A DNA stretch of 38,045 bases. Source: an uncultured Planctomycetaceae bacterium. GTDB lineage: Bacteria; Planctomycetota; Planctomycetia; Planctomycetales; Planctomycetaceae. The notes below the pieces were generated by a model. That model did not search any database. It saw nothing but the letters and a program-made list of their open reading frames with translations, and was not told the origin of the DNA. Shown here piece after piece: positions 1 to 13,300 of this stretch. Position 1 is the first letter of the stretch, and each line of letters starts with the position of its first letter. Made by a program: the position numbers and the translations under genes. Location: contig CAXBME010000046.1 of the NCBI GenBank assembly GCA_963976765.1, positions 1-38,045 on the forward strand, in the 5' to 3' direction.

Positions 1-161
1 GTTCTAGACCTGCCTCCTTTCACATATTTACCCAGGTATTGTCAACACGACCTAGGGACTCAGGGGTGACGGATCGATTTGACACACTCTCTTTATGTGT
101 GCTGTCTTCGCAGAATTAGAGAGGGTGGCGAGCCTCTTGATTCGTGCAGTAGAGAATCTGA

Positions 162-1262
162 TTAGTGCCAGAGAGAGCTCGCCGTTTTGCGTGCTGTATT
201 CACCAACTTTGACTTGTGTTGATGGGTGATTGTCGGCTTGTGGATGTTGCCGATGGGGACATTGGCGAAGGCGAGGACTCGGTGGGTGACTGATTCGTAG
301 CTTTCGACCAACTCGTCTGCTTTGACACGGATCGAGGTTTCGGAGGCTGACGTCTGCCAGAAGCGGGCGAGCATTCGGCAGTATTCGGGGGCCAGCCACC
401 TTGCCTGCTGCAGTGAGCGTCGGAATGGCTTTGTGTTTTGAAGACAATCCCAGGCTTTTTGTACGGTGGAGGGGATGGCGTTGCCGGCTTCTTCGAACTT
501 GTGCAGGCAACGTTCAAAGGCGAGTGGCCCGCCGTCGGGGTGGACTGACCAGGGACGCATCGTGCCCCATGGCCCGAAACATTCCAGGACGAGTTGTTGA
601 TCGGTCATTTCAGCGACTCGCTCGCTTAAGTCGCGGTCCAGCCAGACGACGGTGGCTCCCGGCCATTTTGCAAGTGAGTCGAGTCGGTGTTCCCAGGCAG
701 GAGCGTGGATGAGGACTCGCTGTCCGGCTCCGGCACTACGTAGTGCCGAGTGGATTTCTTCCGGAGTTTTATCAGAGACGTCGAGGGCTGTGATGCGCGA
801 GTGCCCGGCAAGCAAACGGAAGAGTTCTTCTGTGCCGCAGAACTCTCCGCCCGTGATGACAATCGGTCGGCAGGCAAACGGGAGCTGAAACAGTGAGTCC
901 AGCGAGCTTCGATCTGTTGCCGATGATTCCGCAAAGAAGCCATCCAGTAACGATACGTCGGCCTGACCCAACACAGGATGATTGAGTGGGGCGGCAGTCG
1001 GCTCGGCGAATTTATCGGTCGTTGTTTTGTCAGAAAACCCATCGAGCTGAAACGCGTCTATCTGAATTGTTGGGTCGAGTAGCCTTGCTCGTTGCCAGCA
1101 GGATTCTGCCGTTCGTTGATCGGACTTCTGATCGCTGGCGGAAAGTAGTTTTCCAAGTTCGATCCAAAGATCGGCGCGGCGAGGTTCGGCAGCGAGTCCT
1201 GCACGCAGGGCGCGTTCTGCTTCCTTTCGTTCTTCGGTACTAGACGGCGGTTGGATAACCAC
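162..1262 (-). CDS. TPR-like N-terminus plus degenerate sulfotransferase-like (P-loop fold) domain protein
   Basis: 366-aa ORF. AERALRAGLAAEPRRADLWIELGKLL...AESCWQRARLLDP is TPR-like. PIVITGGEFCGTEELFRLLAGHSRI and WPGATVVWLDRD resemble the sulfotransferase patterns PIFIxGxPRSGTTLLxxLLxxHP and FPxAKFIHxxRD, with an altered PAPS loop. Confidence 0.55.
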   Translation of the reverse strand: MVIQPPSSTEERKEAERALRAGLAAEPRRADLWIELGKLLSASDQKSDQRTAESCWQRARLLDPTIQIDAFQLDGFSDKTTTDKFAEPTAAPLNHPVLGQADVSLLDGFFAESSATDRSSLDSLFQLPFACRPIVITGGEFCGTEELFRLLAGHSRITALDVSDKTPEEIHSALRSAGAGQRVLIHAPAWEHRLDSLAKWPGATVVWLDRDLSERVAEMTDQQLVLECFGPWGTMRPWSVHPDGGPLAFERCLHKFEEAGNAIPSTVQKAWDCLQNTKPFRRSLQQARWLAPEYCRMLARFWQTSASETSIRVKADELVESYESVTHRVLAFANVPIGNIHKPTITHQHKSKLVNTARKTASSLWH

Positions 1263-1321
1263 GGCTGCGGCCTCTCAAGTCAGAGAAAGAGAGACCTGAA
1301 ATACCGTCCAGGACTCTCCGG

Positions 1322-1341
1322 AAAAACAAGCCGTCTGGCTT
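1322..1341 (-). terminator. weak hairpin (AAGCC-AGAC-GGCTT) plus GTTTTT directly after the giant gene stop
   Basis: 5-bp stem and short T tract on the minus strand; marginal. Confidence 0.3.
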
Positions 1342-4300
1342 TAACCCTGTTCGGGTGAGTCGAGCGTGTCGGCTACCGAGATTCGCAGTGCCGTGCCGTC
1401 GGTCAGCCCCTGCTCGCCGGATTCGGCGTTGACTGACACGAGGAAGTCGCCATCGTCACCGTCGGATGGATTCACGGCGATCGAGCCGGTGCCGTCTCCG
1501 TTGTCAGTGAAGCTGGCGAACTCCGGCAGGCCGAGGATCGACAGCATGATTTCATCGCCGTCGTTGTCGAACGCGGATACCGGAATGTTGAGCGTTCCGT
1601 CTTCGTCGACCGACTGATCCGAAACCGGAGCGACGACCGGGCCAACGTTTGGAATCGGATTTCGGTCGATGATCTCGATAGCCATGATGTTTGGATTCTC
1701 GACAACGTGACCGAAGTCGATGTTGAGCGTTCCGTCCGAGACAACGTCGAAGCGACGGGCGATTGCTTTGTTGGCGGCTCCGGCTTCTGAGAAGACGTCG
1801 AAGTTCTCCAGGACCGTTTGGCCGTTGATGCTGACGTCGAAGACTCGACCACCGACGCGCGAGGTCGGGCCGTAGATTTCGGCGAAGTAGAGGATGACTT
1901 CGAACTCGCCAGTTCCGGTCGGGATGCTGTAGTTGAGTTCTGCTCCGCCGGGTGGATCCCAGCGAGTCGTTTGGAACAGAGCCGCCGGCGTGTTCTCGGG
2001 CAGCGACGGATCGCTGAGATCAATCGCCGCTGCGGTGCTGAACCGGCTGCCGGTGTTTGCAAAACTGTCTGCACTGAAGTCGCGATTCCCAGCTCCGTCG
2101 CCGTTGCCGGCTGGCCCGGCGATGGCTTCGCCACCAGCGTTGATGCGAATGATCGACGTCGCCTGTTCCACGATTTCGGTCTCGACGACGTTCAGTTCGA
2201 ACGTCTCCATGACCGAACCGTTGGAATCCGTTGCGGTGATTCCGATGGTCGACACGTTGCTGACATCAGATTCGGTCGGGTTGAAGACGAGCGTTGCTGT
2301 TCCATCGCCGTTGTCGGTGAACGACGCGAAGTTCGGCAGGCCGTTGACCGAGAGCATCGCCGGCAGGCCGTCTGAACTGATCGACGAGAATGTCAAATCG
2401 ACAGGCCCGGTACCCGCAGCGATGGTTTGATCATCGATCGGGGAAACGGCGAGCGACCCACCTTTAATGGTCGCCGTCGTGGAAGAGTGTCCGTCGTCGA
2501 TCGTGGCGCCCAAAGCCGAGACTAGCGAAACGGAGAACGTTTCATCGAGCTCGCCCTCCTGGTCCGCCAGAGTCTTGATGGAAACCAGCTTTGACTGCTC
2601 ACCCGATGAGAAGACGATCGCCGGGGCAACGCCAGCGGTTGCCAGAGGCAGGAAGTCGCCGTCTGTAACCGTTGCCGAGCCATCGTCGACGCTCAACGTG
2701 ACAATCACATCGTCAGTCGCCGGCGCATCCAGCGAAACGGTGAACACCGCGTCGTCGCCTTCAGTAACCGGATCGCTCGGGCCGTCAATCCGGACGCCGT
2801 TAGTTGCAGTGACCGTTCCGCCGTTTTCGACGGAACCACCGAACTCAGGAGCGGCCTGGCCGCCTCCACCTTCGGCAACCGCGTCGACCGTCAGCAGGAA
2901 CGAAGTACTGTTAGTGAGTGGCTGCTCGCCAGATTCGGCCAGAACCGTGATGACATGTTCGCCGGCATCGTCCGATGTCGAATTGACCGTAAAGCTGCCC
3001 GTTCCGTTTCCATTATCTGTGAAGGAAACGAATTCCGGCAGACCATCAGCCGACAAAGTGATTGAGTCGCCGTCTGAATCAGAAGCCGACACAGCAATCG
3101 TGGTCGAGTTTCCGGCGGTCACGCTGACCTTATTGATCGTCTCCAAAGCCGGCCCGGCATTTACGATTTCGTTGAGATCGATAATCTCGATGCCCATGAC
3201 ATCCGGGTTCTCAACGACGTGCCCGAACAGAATGTCGATCGTTCCGTCCGACGTCACGTTGAAGCTTTCAACGATTGCTTTATTGGCCGCGCCGGCTGTG
3301 GCAAAGACGTCAAAGTTGTCGAGTTCGAGGTTACCTTCAATCGAGACGTCAAACACCCGTGCTCCGATGCGGGAAGTCGGTCCGTAAATTTCGGCGAAGT
3401 ACAGATTCACCTGAAAGTTACCCGGCCCGGTCGGAATGCTGTATTGCAGTTCTGATCCGCCACGAGTGTCGTAGCGAGTCGTCTGAAAGATGCTGACCGG
3501 CACGTCCTCGGGCACGCTGCTGGTATCAATGGTCGCCCGAGTCGAGAACGTACTGCCCGTGTTGAACGACTGGTCGCCCGAGAAGTTGCCGACCGCTCCA
3601 CCACCCGAGTTGATTCGAACCAGTGGCGGAGTCGGCAATGCAGTCTCCCCATCAACGACTTCCACGTTGAAGGTTTCGGATAGCGAGCCGTTGCTGTCAG
3701 TAGCCGTCAGCGTGATCGTTCGAGACGATTCGACGTCCTCATCCGTCGGAGAAAACGTAAACGTCCCCGTTCCGTCACCATTGTCCACAAAGCCGACAAA
3801 GCTCGGCAGGTCACCAACGCTCAAAGTCGCCTGAGCGTCTTCACTACTGGCCGTTGCCACAATCAGATCAACAGAGCCACTACCCGGAGCAATCCGCTGA
3901 TCCGCAATCGGAGCAATTTGCAATTCCGAACCAACGATTACAGCCACAGCCGCATCATTACCATCTTCGATAGTTGCTCCATTGACACCAATGATGCTCA
4001 GCGAGAAATCTTCATCCGGCTCATTAACTCCATCCTGATTCGTCGAGACTGTGACCGTCTTCGACGTTTCTCCTGGTGCAAAGGTCACCACCACCGCCAG
4101 CCCCGGAACCGCGATCGGATCAAAGTCTCCAGTCGTTCCGTCTCCGGCCACAGTCGCCGTACCACCATCCAACGACAACAGCACAGAAACGGGAGCATCC
4201 GGCACATCACTCAACGAAACCACAAACACAGCATCATCCCCTTCGTCTACTTTCGAAGACGGACCATCGACTCGAACGCTGAGAGTCTCGACGGTCAGAG

Positions 4301-7300
4301 ACAGGCCTGCTGCACCGCGGCTGGAGTTGCCGGAAAGATCGCTGGCAGCGCCGGCGGCGAGATTGATCGTGACCTCTCCGGCATTCGTCGAAGTGACTTC
4401 GACCTCGAACGTACCATCGCCGTTGTCGGTGACTCCGGTGACCATGCCGTTCTCTATAATCGGATCTTCGGAGCCGAAACCGTCGACAGGTTCACCAAAG
4501 TCGAATAGGACTGAGAATGATTCCGATTCGATGGGGCCTTCAATAGGCGACGAAATTCTCGGCGAAGGAAGTCGCCGGTCAACCAGGTAGCTTTGCCCAG
4601 CTGAAAACTCCTGAGTGGTGAGGTTGCCACCAGAGTCGAGCACGCTGCCGTCGGCAGTTGGGTCGAAATCAATTGAGAGTTCGCCGTTCAAACTGCCAGT
4701 GCTGACCGTGACGGTTCGAGTCGAACCTGTACCGGACACGTTGCTGATCGTTGCTCCGCTGACAGACTCGGCGTCGATCACGAAGTCGCCCACGCCCACT
4801 TCAGTAACCGGTTCGCTGAAGGTGACGAGGAAATCGACGGATGCCGCATTGGATCGTTCGTCGCCAACGCGCTCGATGGAGAGCACCTCGGCAGGCTTGT
4901 CGATCGTGTAAGACTGTCCGTCGGTGAAGTCGGATGGAGTGACGTTGCCGCCAGCGTCGGTCACTCCACTGTCCGCATCAGCCAGGAAGTCGATCGACAG
5001 AGTGCCTTCAGCGAAGCCCGGCAGTAGTGAGCCCGTCGCAACTGTGACGGTGAAGACCGTGCCGAATCCCTCTCGTCCAGCAAGGCCTGTCACGGCAGTT
5101 CCTGTAAGACCAGTCGAATCAACCACAAAGTCGCCGCGACTCACGCCGGAGGGGTCTGCACTGAACGCCACGTCCTCGCTGAACGTCACGTTGAACGCGA
5201 CGAAGCCCGCTGACGTCGGATTGGCTGCTCCAGTCAGACGCTCAATCGAAACGACTGCTGGCGGAGTGGCAGTGACAACGAGCGAGCCAGCACTGGCGGT
5301 TGTCGAACCGCCGTCATCGTCTTCGACAGTCAGGCTGACGAGATGCGTGCCGGGTTCTCGCGGGATGTATGTCGCCATGGGGCCACCGGGTTCGAAGATT
5401 GCCCCCGAAGGCGCAGTGACGGTCCAGATAAAGCTGAGCGGATCGCGACTCCCTGCGGCGTCGGAGGCTGTCGCCGTGAGCGTCACTCCGCTGTCTTCAA
5501 CACCACTTGCCGGAACGTTGACCGTTTGAATCTGCGGCGCGACGTTGCTGACGGAAACTGTTTGAGACTCGGACGTGACCGCCAGTCCCTCGTTGTCGGT
5601 GACTTTGACGCGGACGATGTAGTTGCCGTTGTCGCGGAAGGTGAAGTTGGGATTCGCTCCCGTAAGGATTGTCGCAGTGCCGTTTGGAGCGAGCACTGTC
5701 CAACGGAACGTCAGACCGTTGCTGGTACCGTCTCCGTCGGTCGCGGCGACGTTGAACGAAACTGTTTCGCCTTCAACTGCGGTACTCGGAACGCTCAGTG
5801 TCGCAGTCGTCAGGCTGGGCGCGACCGCCGCAACCGACAGCAGTCCCGTGCGAGTCGCCGTTCCGCCGTCGCCATCGGTCGCGTTGAGCCTGACCGAATA
5901 GTTGCCTCCGCGCGGTACGAAACTCGTGCTGGCTCCGGTGAGATTCAGCACGTCCCCGGTCGCGACGTGTGTGACCGTCCAGTTAAACGTCAGCGGATCG
6001 GCAGAGCCGGCAGGATCGCTCGCTGTTGCCGAGAGTGCGACCGACTGGCCTTCGGTGCCGCTTGCAGGAACGACGAACGTTTGAATCGTCGGCGCGACGT
6101 TCGCAACGACGATGTTCGCCATTCGCGAAGAACTCGTGCCGTCGTCATCAGTCACGGTCAGCGTGACGATGTAGGTGCCATTGTCGGCAGGCGTGAAACC
6201 GGCTGCTCCCTGGAATGCGCGAGCGACGCTGAGTCCGCTGCCAGCCGCCGGGGCAAACGGAGTCACGGTGCCGGTCAGCGTGAACGTGCTGCTGTCGGGC
6301 CGTTCGATCAGCCAGTTGAACGTCAGTGGGTCGGCCCCGGTTTGAGTGCCGAACGCGTCTGCCTGCAGGAAGATCGCCGCGCCTTCGCGACCGGTCTGCG
6401 GGATCAACAGAGCGGCATCGACGATGGTTGGTCCGACGTCGCCGACCGTCACGGTCAACGTATTCGACGGATTCTCAAAGCTGCCGTCACCATTGAGAAC
6501 GTCCGTCACGCTTACGTTAAACACGCCAGAATCGGCGTACGTGTGCGTCGCAGTTGTTGCGGTGCCCGGCAGCGTTTCGACGGTGCCGTCTCCCCAGTCG
6601 ATCGTGAAGCGGGAGACGGTGTCGAGACCGGGATCCGTGATGGCCAGATTGATCGTCAGCGGCGTTGCCGGATCGCCTTCCAGGAGACCTGTCGAGGTAG
6701 TTGAAAGCTGAACGCTCGGAGCCACATCGTTCACCGTGATGTCCAACGACTCGGTCACGCTGCCTTCTGAGCCAACCGCCGTCACGTCGATCGTGAAGTC
6801 AGCGTTGCCATCGAGGTATGAGTGGGACGCGCTGGATACCCCACCGGAAAAAGTTTCCAGAGCAGAACCGTCGCCCCAGTCGATCACCCAGGAATCAACA
6901 GTGTCGTTGCCTGGATCGGTCGCCGTGAATGTCAGCATGACGGACTCGGCTTCGTTGACCGCTGACACTGAGGGAGTCACCGTCACGGTGGGCAGGATGT
7001 CGAGAACTGCCAGTCCGGTGCTGAGCGTTGTGGTTCCGCCGCCGCCCGTCAGGTCTGCCAGAATCTCCAGTGTGCCACTTCCAGCGAACACTTCAGCAGG
7101 CAAGGCATAAGGGACGGACGGATCGCGGTTCTGCGAATCAATCGGCAGCGTGAACCCGTCGATTCGATAGGTCACCGTGTACGGGCCTGCGAGGTCCAGC
7201 GACGACGGATCGGTGATCCCGTCAACGATGAGAGTGGCTGCGCCGGTGCCGCTGCCTTCGTTGATCGACGGAGTGCTCAACTGAAGATTTCCGCGAGGAG

Positions 7301-10300
7301 CAACATCAGTGATCGTGAGCGTCGTCGCCGCACTCGTGACGGGAAACTCGGTGCCGCCAGCGTCTTCATAGACAGCCGTGACGGTGACGTTCGCGAATGT
7401 CTGGTCTCCGTTTGCAGCAATCAGTGTTTCGAGTTCCGACCAGGTCAACGTCAGAATGCCATCTGTTGAAGTCGCATCGATTCCTCCGCCGTCGAGATCC
7501 CAATCGAAGCGAACCGGAGTACCGATCGCTGTGGCATTCAGCGTGACGGAATCCCCTTCGAGTACAGAGTACGGGCCAGTCGCCGAAACTCCGTCAGCAG
7601 AAGGACGGACCTCAATGGGATCAGCGTGGTCAAAGAAGGAATCAGGCAGCAGGACGAAGTTTTCGGAAGCCGAGCCGTCTTCGTCAATGACGGTGACTTC
7701 CGGGCTGAAGTCGCCGACGGTCAGGTACGTGTGGGTTGCCTGCGTTGTTTGACTGCCGAGTTGCTCGATGTTTCCGTCACCCCAATCGACTGTCACCTGC
7801 TGGACTCGATCGTTGCCGGGGTCGGTGACACGAATCGTCAGTTCGTAAGGCTGCCCAAGATCGACGGACGGCTCGCCTCGAAGTTCGATACTCGGCAGAA
7901 CATTTTCGACGGTGAGTGTTGCCACCGCATCGGTGCTGACGGCGAACGTGCCCTGTCCAAATGCAACCAGGTCCAGGTTGTTGGCCGCACGAACGGCGAT
8001 CGGGTAGGTGCCGTCGTCATTCACGCCCAGACCGAACAGTTCGACCCACGGAATCGATAGAGACGCTCCAAAGGCATCCGAGAAATCGCCGTCGCCGTTA
8101 AGATCCCAGGCAAAGCTGTTTGCAACATTGGCAGCATCAACGGCTGTCAGACTCAGTGTTTCTCCCTCGTCGATCGCGTCAAACGCATTGATGCTCGGAC
8201 GAGGCGGCGTCTTGAGGAAGACCTGCTGCAGCGGGTCGCTGGTATTACTGATGAAGCCTTCAAAGCTGACAACTCCCGCTCCGGCATTGATTGTTCCGAG
8301 ATGATCCGGAGGCAGACTGCCACCTGGAGGATTGACCGTTCCGTTCTCGCCTGCAAAGACCAGCACATCGGGGATGCCAGTTCCGGTGGCCACGTCGCCG
8401 GTGACGTTGACCATCGCTGCGGTCGGCAGTCCTTCTTCGACAGTGACGATCAGGTCGCCAGTGCCTGCGTCACCAGAGACATCGATCTCGGTCATTGACG
8501 CCGTACCGACGCTTTGCACGTTAACCAGATCCGAACCGGCTTGCGGCGAGATTGTCAACGTGCCGGTCGAGCTCAGCGCCGCGTCGAGATTCACGTTGAT
8601 CGTGTCTTCGCCGTCACCGGTCTCGACGGTTACTGACGCCGAGCCATCAATGTCGAGCAGATTGACCAGATCGTTGCCGCTGCCAGTCTGAATACTCACC
8701 GGTATCACCGGAGCATTTCGCAACGACACCTGATCTTCAGCATCGCCGGTCACAACAGTCAGGTCTTCGATGCCGGTGAAGCGTGTGACCAGTTCAACTT
8801 GCGCTGGCGTTCCTGCCGGTGCCAGATCGATCACTGTGAAGCCTCCAGTTCGTAGCCGAGGTGTCACACCTTCAAAGAACGGGTCGACTTCTTCGAGCAG
8901 TTGATCGGTCCCGATGATCAGTTCGTCACCAACAACCTGCACGCCGACTGGTTCGATCAGGCCGCGAATTCCACCGCGTCCCTGCGTGATCGACTGCTGG
9001 AATGTCAGCAGTCCAGTGTCGGCATCGCGTGAGAAGACGGCGATCGCGTCTTCACCAGTACTTGGCGCAAAGACCTGCGTTCCGTCGCTGCGGACAGCTA
9101 TTCCAATCAGGGTGCCCAACTCACCAGTTTCTGCCGCGGTCACCGTCTGAGCGAGCGTCAATGTGCTGTCAGCTTCCCGCTGGAAAACCCGCAGGACTTC
9201 CGAATCTGGCGAAACCGAAGCGACTTCCAGATTTGACGCCGTTGAGACGAAGATCGAGTCCTCGAAGCTGGCAACGTCGAAGCGAAAGACGTCGTCTTCG
9301 AGTATCCCGACCGTTGGCAACGGAATAGTCTGGAGTGGCATCGCTATCGACAGGTCTGCATCGAAAATGTGCATCTCGGCAGCGAGGGGACTCGACACAA
9401 TGACACTTTTGGCATCGGCAAAAATGAAGCCATCACCGCTGAAGAAGTCGTGATCGAAGGTGAAATTCCTTGTCTGAACGACTGTTGGACGTCCGTCTTC
9501 ATCTAATGTCAATCGTGACACGGAAGACGGAACACCTGATTCGCTCGAACCTCCCGATGTGAGCGTATATAGAGTTCCGTCAGGGGCAAACGCGATGTCC
9601 TGAAGATCGACCGTCGCTGCAGAGCTGAACTGCTGTCGCAGTTCCAGTTCTTCGCCAACCTGCTCGAAGATGACCAGTTCGTCGCCTGACTGAACCACGA
9701 CAAATGGGGCGACAGGACTGGCAACAATCGAATCGGGATCGTTGAGCGTTAACGGCGTTACTCCATTTATGGCACCGGAAGTTTCGCCGGTCTGGCGGTC
9801 GTAAACGACCAGAATGTCTGAGGCAAGCGGCGCCGAATTGAATAGTTCACTATGGACTCCATACAGGAAGCGTCCGTCAGGACTTGTTGCGAAATCGACG
9901 ATTCCCGGTACTTCCTGCGAGAATTCGTCTCCCTCCTGAATCGTGTCGGTTATGGAACCGAACATTCCGCCGGTGAAATCGATCTGTGTGACTGCGTTTT
10001 CGTCGAACGACGCGACGTACAATCCAGTACCATTCGGACCCACTCGCACGGCCGATGTCCCCGCAAGAGTGGTGGTTGGAGAATCAGTCAGTTGCTCCAT
10101 AAAGACCGGGTGATCGCTGCCATCGAGTTCGAAGCGGGTAATCGCGTCGTTGTCATCACCGGCTACGTCGGAAGTGATCAGCAGATTGTTTCCGCTACGA
10201 ATCAGCGAGGTCGCACTGGACAGACCGCTGACTCCATCAACACCGTCCGTAAGCGTGCTGTCGATCGAGTATGTCGATGTTGACGTGTTCAGACGGATCG

Positions 10301-13300
10301 TCAGCAGTCGCCCGTCCGATGTCGTCGCATAGAGCCTGTTGTTTGCGCCTTCAATCAAGTGTGTGATGCTCGAAACAGCGGCCAGTTCATCGGTATCGGC
10401 ACTCGTAAATGCCGAGTTGAACGTCAGCCCGCCGAATGTCTCTCCGCCACCAAACGAGTCACGGCTGTCGCGATCGATCTTGTGGATAGCCCCGCTTGAA
10501 AGCGCGATATAGGCTCGCTTTGTGTTTGATGCGGCAGCGACGGCGTTTGAAAACGTGTTGCCGTTGCGACTCTGACCGTTGTCCTGTGTCAATCGCCCGC
10601 TGAACTCCTCACGAGACCAGTAGTAGAAGGCGGTATCTGTGCCCGTTACCGATGACACCCCAAAGACGTGCAATGGAACACTGGCCAATACATTCTGGCC
10701 ACGGTCGTTCGGTGTTGCCCCGAGATGAATCAACGGGGCATCGAGTTCGATCGTCTGCCGAAGCGTCAGTGTTGGCAGATCCGCAGTGAGTTGAGGGTTG
10801 AAGACCAGCAGCACCGGGACGTTGTTCGCGTTTCGAGCCTGCACGTACAGCGCGCCTGCACCTCCCCGATCCGCGGCGGTGTGTCGGGTGTAGAGCAGCA
10901 CTTCAGGATCGTTAAGATAGTCTGCCTGAAATACTTGAGTGGGACTGAGCCCCTGATCGGTTCGCTCCAGCACCACGATACCGTTGTCCGTCGCCGCATA
11001 AACAGCCTCCGGGTAATCGGGCTGGGACTTCGATGAAGAAACCACCAGAGAATTCACACCAGTCAATCCCGTCAGTTCGCCGGTCACCTGAAGATTGTTC
11101 ACCGTCGTGTCAAGTGGGAACTGGCCGGTGCCGTCCACCATGCGGACCCGATCTGAATCGATCGTTGCCTGTACGCGGTTACTGGCTGCGGTGCCGGTGA
11201 CAGACAGCGAATCGTTCGAGCCGGTGCCCGCCTGAATCAGCACGTTCGACACACCGTCCGATGACAGCAGTACATTACCGTTCGCGCTGATGTTCGCCCC
11301 CGATACAATCCAGTCAACGTCGGTGGTTCCAGTCTGATTATTGAGAATCAGCTCGTCGGCAATCAGCGACAGCGGCAGGAACTGCCCCGACGTTGGAGTG
11401 CCGGGAATCTCAATCGTGACCGAGTCGCTGCCACCACGACCGTCGATAAAGTGTGAATTCTCAGGGCCGGTGACTGCTTCAATTGTCACGTCGTCGTCGC
11501 CGTTCCCCAGGTTTGCGACGAAATTCACCGCGAAGGCGAGGTTGTTGACCAGCAGGTCATCGTTGCCCGCTCCCAGTAGCGCAGTTACGTTCTCAACATC
11601 CGACGTGTCGAGTGTCAGAACGGGTGTGCCCGAAACAGTCAGCGTGGCCTCGCCCGCCGTGACTCCGGAAACAAAACTGTTGCCTGTTAACGCTGTCTGT
11701 ACGGTCGAACGATCGGAGATCGCGGCGTCTTCTACACCTTCCCCGCCTGCAAAGTGAACGTTGCCCGATCCATCACTTAGCGTCAGCACATCGCGTCCCG
11801 CGTCTCCGTTCACACTGACAGAACCGAAGTCGCCGGTTAAGTTGAACGAGTCGTTGCCTTCCCCGCCGGAAACAGATCGCCAGGTCGCATCACCAATGAT
11901 CGTGGCTCGGTCGTTTGCCGAGCCAAGCTGAATATCGACCGCTGAAAACGCTGCCGGGTCATAGGAAAACGTCCCCCCGGCATCCGGGCCGGTGACCGAT
12001 CCTGGTACAAAATCCCGCTGACGATCATTGCCGATTCCGTTGGAATCATCGAACGTCAGTGTGTTGCCGCTCCCGGTCGTTACAAAGTTGACGTCGCGGT
12101 CAATGTCGTCCAGCGTTGCCAGAGTCCCGTTGAACGTTCCTCCAACCGTAACAGCGTTATTGTCGCCCCGTAGCGTGAGCGTCAGCTCCTGGTTGACTCG
12201 CAAAAGTTGCAGCGTATTGCCGTCGGCTTCTCCGAGCGTTGCTGTCAGGTCAACTGCGTCTGCAACATCGAGGACCAGTACACCGTCGGCTGTCAGCAGT
12301 CCGGAGTCGGTTCCCGTATCCAATTGCCAGTTCGTGGCGTCGTTGTTGCCATCGTTGAGGAACGTCACCAATTCCGCATTGCGAGCGGTCATCGAAGCGA
12401 CAGTCGGATCAATCGGGTTGATCGTTGTCGGAGCGCCGGTCAGTGTACCGGTCACTGAGTCCTCGCCGGCTCCAGCATCAATGCTGATTCCGCTGCTGAT
12501 GATGGGAAAGGTCGCCGTGTCGTCCCCCGAACCAAGCAGGACTTCAATTCTCCCAACTCCCACATGCGTGAAGCCGACCGAGTTGCCGAGTCCATTGACA
12601 GTCGAACCGGTCACGCTGATCGCTCGCGACTGACCATCGTCGGAATTGTCGTAAATCACAGCGTCAGTCCCCGTGACGGTGACCTCGCCGCCGATCTGAT
12701 TGGTCAGCCCGGTTCCGACGCGCACGGTATCAATCGAACCGCCGCCGATGACGTTAACCGGTGCTCCGGTACTTCCCAGCGTGACATCCGTCGTCAGATC
12801 GCTGGTTCCACCGAGTGTCAAATCGATCTGACCGGATGTTGACTGCACATCGACCGTTCCGCCGCCGTTCAGAGTGAACGATGTCGTTGTCGTCGTTGTG
12901 GACTGCACCACAATGTCCGTTGCGATGTCCGAGTCGATGCTGACGTTCTCGACCCGCCCGCCGGTCTGTGAGCTGAGTCCTCCTGCCGTGATGCGTGAAC
13001 TTGTGAGTCGAACGTCTGTTGCATCACCATCAGCAAATCGGAACAACGCAGTATCGGTGCCACCATCTCCGTTGAACGTCGCCGCACCGACCGGCAACAT
13101 GAACAAATCGTCGCCATCCTGCCCGGACAATCGGATGTCCAACCGTTCGCCCGGTGCCGTTCCAGTACCGTCCATTGGGCCATCGATCACAAACTGATCA
13201 CTGCCACTTCCACCGTGCAGTCGTAGAATGTCGACACCAGTTGTCTGGTCTCTCAATTCAAGGCGGAAACCATCTTCCCGCGTGACTTTCACGATGTCGC

